Shown here: piece by piece, positions 46,897 through 52,305 of the stretch
Layout of the letters: each line of letters opens with the position of its first letter
Position numbering within the stretch: the first letter of the stretch is position 1
Source of the DNA: a virus
Lineage: Duplodnaviria > Caudoviricetes
DNA length: 54,599 bases
IMG/VR virus record: IMGVR_UViG_3300032224_000681
Location: 1-54,599 of that record
Direction: 5' to 3' (one strand)
Position numbers and translations under genes: made by a program
Notes under the pieces: generated by a model
Seen by the model: the letters and a program-made list of their open reading frames with translations, nothing else
Databases searched by the model: none
What the model was told of the DNA's origin: nothing

Positions 46897-47199
46897 TTAT
46901 GCGGCTTGCCTTACGGCAAGCGCACGACGGATATAATTCTGTTGCTTGCTTGTAGTAGGGCTGAACTTCTGTTCTACTACATACCAGCCATTTTCCCCGA
47001 ACCATGCGATAGGCGTATTGTATGAGAAGACAATATAGGCGCCTTGCTTGAACTCGTTTGATAGTCTTATGAATTCATCGCCTAGACGTCCCGCGCCTGG
47101 TGTGTAATTCATATACTTACCGCTTAGAGATGAAGCCTCGAATGGCATGCGGTTGATAATGCGCTCGATTGCTTCTTTCTGATTAACGTGCATTTTCAT
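46897..47199 (-). CDS. Conserved phage hypothetical protein (SY.TPIA...S.TTSK type)
   Basis: YIVFSYNTPIAW..KFSPTTSKQQ; start reassigned to MKMHVN. Confidence 0.7.
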   Translation of the reverse strand: MKMHVNQKEAIERIINRMPFEASSLSGKYMNYTPGAGRLGDEFIRLSNEFKQGAYIVFSYNTPIAWFGENGWYVVEQKFSPTTSKQQNYIRRALAVRQAA

Positions 47200-47341
47200 A
47201 GTCGTAACCTTTCTGACTGTCCTCGTAACCCTCACTGTAACCCTTGAACCAGTAGGCGCGAGAGGTGAAGAAGAATACCGCTCCACCGATGATGATATCG
47301 ACGAGAAGATTGAAGCCGTTATAGAAGATGATTTCATGCAT
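47183..47341 (-). CDS. Small membrane protein
   Basis: One hydrophobic segment then GYSEGY..GY repeats; GGAG RBS. Confidence 0.6.
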   Translation of the reverse strand: MHEIIFYNGFNLLVDIIIGGAVFFFTSRAYWFKGYSEGYEDSQKGYDYENAR

Positions 47342-47513
47342 TGACTCGCTCCGCTTCCTTGTTAGCACACTCGTAGCAGATTTGTTCAATTCTATCCATG
47401 CAACCTAATAGAAACGCGTCTACGCCACTATGCACGATGTTTTCTGTTGTGCCACATATTGAACACTTGTTCATTTGATACCCCTATCTGTGAGCCCCTT
47501 GCTCACTGTCTGT

Positions 47514-47601
47514 AATTTATAGTTTTGTGTCGGTCTGTGCAACTATCTGTTAACTTAGTTATCCACAGGGTTTTAATGTGGGGGCAGGTTGCCCTGCCCC
47601 C
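47514..47601 (-). promoter_or_regulatory. Element copy 8: TTGCAC-N17-TAAATT promoter, DnaA box (47559-47567), hairpin; no long inverted repeat
   Basis: TGTTAACTTAGTTATCCACAGG; GGGGGCAGG/CCTGCCCCC. Confidence 0.8.
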
Positions 47602-47608
47602 TTGCGGG

Positions 47609-47797
47609 CTACGCCGTAATTTCTGCGATAGCCTTATTGATTGCCTTTTCTACCGCGTCGCTTGTAATTGTTTCGATAACCTTTTGGGAAACCGCATCTA
47701 CACGCGCCTGTAGGTCTGCGTTATCTAAAACGCCCTTAGAGATTGCTAGCGCTGAAAGTATCATCGCCCAATCCTCAGGTGTAAATTTATCCATATA
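47609..47797 (-). CDS. Small helical hypothetical protein
   Basis: GGGGTG RBS; start uncertain within a few codons; single-gene unit. Confidence 0.6.
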   Translation of the reverse strand, partial: YMDKFTPEDWAMILSALAISKGVLDNADLQARVDAVSQKVIETITSDAVEKAINKAIAEITA

Positions 47798-47846
47798 TAT
47801 CACCCCCTTGCCGTCATCTAGTAGGTCATTATTAAGTTATGAGAGA

Positions 47847-47959
47847 AGACTATTTGAAAGGCTTATTAGATGCAAACGCCCGTTAACCTAGTTATCCACA
47901 GGCTCTCTTGTTCTTGGGGTTCTTTTGCCAGTCCCTATGCCGTTCTAATGTTTGTGTTG
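47847..47959 (-). promoter_or_regulatory. Element copy 9: TTGCAT-N17-TAGTCT promoter, DnaA box (47892-47900), orphan half arm TGTTTGTGTTG (47949-47959)
   Basis: CGTTAACCTAGTTATCCACAGG. Confidence 0.8.
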
Positions 47960-48026
47960 ACCCACCCTCCCCATACCCCTACGGGGAATCGAGAGAGAGG
48001 CTGGGGGGGAAGTCCCAGCCTCTGCT

Positions 48027-48389
48027 CTACTTGATTACAGTAACCATATCTTTCCACGTGTAGTTTATGGTTAAAGCCTCGTGCCATTCGCACCACCATT
48101 CGCCGTTATATTCGGCGCCACACCATTCAGGTTCATCGCAGGTAACCCATACCACGATATCGTCTGACCGCTTGTACTTGCGCCATTCATCGTCGGGTGC
48201 ATGTAGTGCAGGTGCTGCCTTGCAACCTACCTTGATTACATCGTCAGTAATGCCGTAGTTGCGTGGGTTGTCCTGTATATCCAACAGGAGCGCGTCTACT
48301 GACTCGTACAACATGTTGTCATAGTCGGTGACGATTATGTCCGCGTTATATATCTTGCCCTTGATAGTGGGCGCTGTCTCGTATGCCAT
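48027..48389 (-). CDS. Hypothetical protein
   Basis: C..C..C..H pattern; TAATG coupling to a small upstream ORF. Confidence 0.65.
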   Translation of the reverse strand: MAYETAPTIKGKIYNADIIVTDYDNMLYESVDALLLDIQDNPRNYGITDDVIKVGCKAAPALHAPDDEWRKYKRSDDIVVWVTCDEPEWCGAEYNGEWWCEWHEALTINYTWKDMVTVIK

Positions 48390-48566
48390 TATTCGCCACG
48401 TCCCGTCAATAGTAGGAAAGCCTTACCTAGTTTGCTATTGCGATAGCACTCGCGCTTAGCGCATGTATCGCATAGGTGAAAGCGAGTTACTAGATGATAT
48501 TCGATTGCTCGTATCATGTTATCCCCCATGCTATTCGGTGAGCCCCTTGCTCACCTTGTATTGCAT

Positions 48567-48622
48567 ACACTATGCCATAGCCCTATTACATGCAAACGTT
48601 TGTTAACCTGGTTATCCACAGG
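48567..48622 (-). promoter_or_regulatory. Element copy 10: TTGCAT-N17-TAGTGT promoter and DnaA box (48612-48620)
   Basis: TGTTAACCTGGTTATCCACAGG; last copy before the strand switch. Confidence 0.82.
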
Positions 48623-48975
48623 TCTCCCGCTAGTCTCAGACCCCCCCACCCTTAAACGAAGTTACTGGCGAGTAGGCCACCAGGGCGCACCTATACCTGT
48701 ACATATATTAGAGAAGGCAGTAGCCTAAGGGGCATGAGTGCGGTTTATCTGGAATGGGTGCGGGAACGCAATAAAGTGCGGATGGCTAAGTGTGCCTGTG
48801 GAGCGCCTGCCGTAGACCTTCGATGTGAAGGCGCGTTGCTATTTCCTGCCTGTGAGAAACATGTGTAAAGAGTGCGGGAACTGTAGTCGGGAACACACCC
48901 GTACGATTGATGATGCCGTTGATGAGATTTTAGATTCACCCATTTAGGCAGTAGCTTTTCTGTCACTATACGGTT

Positions 48976-49203
48976 GTGAGTTTCATAGATTATCTAGAGG
49001 AAGCCCAGGACTTTGATGGTCGTGTGGCTAAGTTTGCCTATATCGTTTTTCAGGATATTTCTAACGGATGTGGCTCCTCTAAGTTCGATGCGATTGCATG
49101 GAAGGCCCATTTCATTGATAAACACACAGAGAAATCAGGTGTATTAGTTGATTTGTTGTTAGTCGCTTATACCTCGTATGTCCTTACTATAAAAGCAAAA
49201 TAG
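48976..49203 (+). CDS. Small helical hypothetical protein (YozE-like pattern possible)
   Basis: MSFIDYL..D..VAKFA..D; extended -10 TGtCACTAT-N6-GTG. Confidence 0.55.
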   Translation: MSFIDYLEEAQDFDGRVAKFAYIVFQDISNGCGSSKFDAIAWKAHFIDKHTEKSGVLVDLLLVAYTSYVLTIKAK

Positions 49204-49217
49204 GAGATACTCATCTT

Positions 49218-49451
49218 ATGGACGATATGACAACACCAGGACCTAACCATCCAGCTAATCGCGGAATTCGTAATCGTGGCGGAGGAGAGAATCGTCGTCA
49301 CGAATTTTTTGACCAGAACCTAACTGATGCTCAGAACAATGTTCAGAACGCTCACTTTGGTAATACTACAAATTCAGCAATCGCACCGAATGTGGTCTCC
49401 ATGGCAGCGTACAAGCGAGCTAAAGATTCACGTCGCCCAGAGGGATACTAA
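49218..49451 (+). CDS. Hypothetical protein
   Basis: AGGAG RBS. Confidence 0.7.
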   Translation: MDDMTTPGPNHPANRGIRNRGGGENRRHEFFDQNLTDAQNNVQNAHFGNTTNSAIAPNVVSMAAYKRAKDSRRPEGY

Positions 49452-49539
49452 TGTCAAAAATCAAATGCACCGTCTGTGACCATGAAATGGGTTACGCGGT
49501 ATGTCTAGAGGAGGATTGCACCTGCGTGTGCACTACATC

Positions 49540-49809
49540 ATGAGCGAAGCATGGACAAAGAAAGCTGGTAAGAACCCTAAGGGTGGTCTCAATGAAAAGG
49601 GACGTAAGTCTTATGAGAAAGCACATCCTGGTTCTAATTTAAAACCTCCAGTATCAAAAGAGAAAGCAAAGAAGTCTCCTGCATCTGCAGCACGACGTAA
49701 GTCTTTCTGTGCACGTATGGAAGGTATGAAGAAGGTTAATACATCTTCCAAGACTGCAAAAGACCCTAATAGCCGTATTAATAAATCTCTACGTAAGTGG
49801 GATTGTTAA
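49540..49809 (+). CDS. Conserved basic phage protein (KNPKGGLN.KGR...RRKSFCARM...SLRKW.C type)
   Basis: Recognisable motif family; start reassigned to MSEAWTKK, coupled to a 30-aa Cys-rich ORF at 49451-49543. Confidence 0.75.
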   Translation: MSEAWTKKAGKNPKGGLNEKGRKSYEKAHPGSNLKPPVSKEKAKKSPASAARRKSFCARMEGMKKVNTSSKTAKDPNSRINKSLRKWDC

Positions 49810-50048
49810 TGAAAGACCCAGCAGTTGGGCGTTCTAAAGCAGAACGTGCTTTTGGTAAAGATGCACCTAAGAAGGGTGTAAACACCAAAAAGGCTCCCGC
49901 GTCAAAGAAGCTTAAGAAAGCTAATACTAAGCGTGTTAATGCTTTAGGAATGTTTGACGGACCACGCCCATCCTATGGCAAGTACAATGTATCTGAACAA
50001 GCGAGTGATATTCTCAACCGCTCAATCAACAAGAAAGGCACAAAATAA
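49809..50048 (+). CDS. Basic hypothetical protein
   Basis: TAATG coupling. Confidence 0.6.
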   Translation: MKDPAVGRSKAERAFGKDAPKKGVNTKKAPASKKLKKANTKRVNALGMFDGPRPSYGKYNVSEQASDILNRSINKKGTK

Positions 50049-50263
50049 TGGCAGCAGCAGCAGGATTGCTAGCACGACTAGCGCCGATGTTAACAAGAGT
50101 TGGTGGCTCAGCAGCTGGACAAGCTGCAAAGTCTGGCGCAATTAAAGGCGTTGAATATGGAGTTGCTGGACGTACAGCAAATCTTATTCAAGGAAAAGAT
50201 AAAGATAGCAATAACACCACACCACGCAATGAGAGCCTTGAGGGCTGGTTCCCAGGTAGATAA
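50048..50263 (+). CDS. Ala/Gly-rich hypothetical protein
   Basis: TAATG coupling. Confidence 0.6.
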   Translation: MAAAAGLLARLAPMLTRVGGSAAGQAAKSGAIKGVEYGVAGRTANLIQGKDKDSNNTTPRNESLEGWFPGR

Positions 50264-50514
50264 TGAAAAAGAATTCTGACCAGTTTCCTACCTGTGATGG
50301 GTGCGGACGTGAAATCCGTGGAGAAGCTAAATCTGTTAGCTTAAAGCATGGGGGTTCACAAAGTTTTCACCCTGATGCACATGCGTGTGCATCGGCTCCT
50401 GAAAAGCGCCCAGCTAAGACATTTTCTAAAGACGGAGCTATGCATACTCCAAATTACAGTATTGCAGACTCAGTTAACTTAGGATACGAGGGTAACAGTG
50501 CCAAAGGTTATTAA
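50263..50514 (+). CDS. Hypothetical zinc-binding protein
   Basis: CDGC...H...C. Confidence 0.6.
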   Translation: MKKNSDQFPTCDGCGREIRGEAKSVSLKHGGSQSFHPDAHACASAPEKRPAKTFSKDGAMHTPNYSIADSVNLGYEGNSAKGY

Positions 50515-50686
50515 AGCAGCTGGTGAGAAGCACACTATTAAAAAAAATAAAAAAGGCGAAATTATTGTCGACCATGCTGGCAATAAGGGAAAGTACGATA
50601 AAATTAATCTTACAAAGAAAGCTGGCGCTAAAACTATAAAGCAGGGCGTAAAAGCAACTAAAGATTGGCACAAGAAAAATGGCTAA
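50498..50686 (+). CDS. Lys-rich hypothetical protein
   Basis: GAGGG RBS, GTG start. Confidence 0.6.
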   Translation: MPKVIKAAGEKHTIKKNKKGEIIVDHAGNKGKYDKINLTKKAGAKTIKQGVKATKDWHKKNG

Positions 50687-50825
50687 AGATTCTAATCCTT
50701 GCTGGGACGGTTACGTTCAAGTAGGTATGAAGATGAAGGGCGGCAAGAAGGTCCCTAATTGCGTACCTGCAAGTTCTGGTAAGAGTAAAGTTGCAAAACC
50801 TACAAAGAAAGCGACTAAGAAATAA
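50679..50825 (+). CDS. Small protein with CWDGY...KKVPNCVP motif (48 aa, not in ORF track)
   Basis: MAKDSNPCWDGYVQVGMKMKGGKKVPNCVPASS... Confidence 0.7.
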   Translation: MAKDSNPCWDGYVQVGMKMKGGKKVPNCVPASSGKSKVAKPTKKATKK

Positions 50826-51049
50826 TGGCTGAAGATAGAGCAAACCATCCAGGTCGTACACCCAAGTACTCTGAGGTAAGAGATGCAGTCGTTAAAGGAT
50901 TCATTACTCGCTCAGAGGCTACCGATTTAGGAAAAACAGTAATATCTGACGGAAAGTTTGATAACAAACCTGGTCGTGCACGTCAAAGTGAAGAAACCAT
51001 TGCAAGAAAAGTTCACAAAAACGCTGGGCTTTCGCAAGGAGATTGGTAA
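50825..51049 (+). CDS. Hypothetical protein
   Basis: TAATG coupling. Confidence 0.6.
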   Translation: MAEDRANHPGRTPKYSEVRDAVVKGFITRSEATDLGKTVISDGKFDNKPGRARQSEETIARKVHKNAGLSQGDW

Positions 51050-51051
51050 CC

Positions 51052-51345
51052 ATGGCTGAAACAAAAAAATTCGGTCCCTACAAGGGCTCTGATGCTAATG
51101 GCGGACGTCCTATCTATGTTTATAAGAAAAAGGTTGGCGGTAAGTGGGTAACCACTTCAAAGAACAAAGCCCGCGCAGATTATGAGTCTAAAAACGGTAA
51201 AATTAAATCTAAAGATGTTACTGTTGACCATAAGGACAACAACCACAATAATGATTCTAAGGGAAACCTTCGTGCTATCTCCCGCAGTAAAAATACTGCT
51301 AAAGAAAACAAGCGCCGAGCAGGTAAGAAAGAGAATGAAAAATGA
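51052..51345 (+). CDS. HNH endonuclease
   Basis: VDHKDNNHNNDSKGNLRAISRSKN HNH motif; AGGAG RBS. Confidence 0.85.
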   Translation: MAETKKFGPYKGSDANGGRPIYVYKKKVGGKWVTTSKNKARADYESKNGKIKSKDVTVDHKDNNHNNDSKGNLRAISRSKNTAKENKRRAGKKENEK

Positions 51346-51487
51346 ACCACAATGGTAACCAGTTCGGTATGAGTGCCGAAGAAGAAGCTGAAGAAAAGAA
51401 CGCTAAGCTTGTTGCCAAGTATGGTAATGAAGGCAGCGCTAATTCTGAAGAAGAACAAGAGTATCTAGAGAAGAAGAGACCTCACTA

Positions 51488-51784
51488 ATGCCTATCTATC
51501 GTAAGGGCGATGACTTAGCACCACTACATAAAGCTGCTCTTGCTCAGCAGTTAGGTGAGGCCACTGCACGTCGTAATATGACTGGCAATGAACTACGTGA
51601 GTATGACTACAACACTGGTCGTACAGGCGCAGAACGCGCTGTTACAGCAGGTCCTGCTTTTGACCCACGTAAAGATACAATTGGTCCAGTTAGCGCTGAC
51701 CATATGAACCGTTTTAAGGACAGTGTAAAACGCGGTAAGCAAGAAACAGAAAAAGAGACTAAAAGAATTCAAGGAAGACCATAA
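51488..51784 (+). CDS. Hypothetical protein (paralog A, starts MPIYRKGDD)
   Basis: TAATG coupling. Confidence 0.7.
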   Translation: MPIYRKGDDLAPLHKAALAQQLGEATARRNMTGNELREYDYNTGRTGAERAVTAGPAFDPRKDTIGPVSADHMNRFKDSVKRGKQETEKETKRIQGRP

Positions 51785-52074
51785 TGCCTATTTATCGTAA
51801 AGGTGATGACCAGTTCCCACTATGGAACCGCGCTAAAGAACAAGAAGCTTCACATAAGAAAAATGAAGCTGATGATAATGGTCATTTAATAGGTGCTAAC
51901 CCTTCTATGACTGTAGAAGAGTTTAAGGGCATAGGCGGAGGACCAGTTAGCGCTAAAGGTATGCGTATGGGTGCTGAAACTCTTCATTGGCAGCGTCAAA
52001 ACCCACAGGTATGGAAAGCCGCTGGTCTTACCACTTTTGATGAACGTGAAGCAGCAAAGAATAAGGAGAAGTAA
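51784..52074 (+). CDS. Hypothetical protein (paralog B, starts MPIYRKGDD)
   Basis: TAATG coupling. Confidence 0.7.
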   Translation: MPIYRKGDDQFPLWNRAKEQEASHKKNEADDNGHLIGANPSMTVEEFKGIGGGPVSAKGMRMGAETLHWQRQNPQVWKAAGLTTFDEREAAKNKEK

Positions 52075-52076
52075 CA

Positions 52077-52277
52077 ATGGTAATCACAGAGGTAACCCGC
52101 GAGTTAACAGCTCAAGACCGCTGTGATTCTTGCAGCGCCGCTGCACAAGTAGTTGTTACATTTCTTAACGGAGAGCTTATGTTCTGCGGACATCATGCTA
52201 AAGAAAAGCGTGATGCACTAATTGCTAAGTCCGCAACAGTGTTTGACCCAAATAATTTTTTAAATATTGTAGAATAG
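52077..52277 (+). CDS. Small actinobacterial-type zinc-binding protein
   Basis: LTAQDRCDSC.AAA...GELMFCGHH motif; AAGGAG RBS. Confidence 0.75.
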   Translation: MVITEVTRELTAQDRCDSCSAAAQVVVTFLNGELMFCGHHAKEKRDALIAKSATVFDPNNFLNIVE

Positions 52278-52305
52278 TCTTACCTTTTAGGAGAGAGAAG
52301 ACAAG

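Noticed and set aside
41439-48622. CRISPR array interpretation of the repeats (a Cas4-like gene is present)
   Set aside because: Repeats are separated by whole genes at irregular 0.2-1.6 kb spacing; there is no cas1/cas2; the Cas4-like nuclease sits in the recombination block, as is usual in phages.
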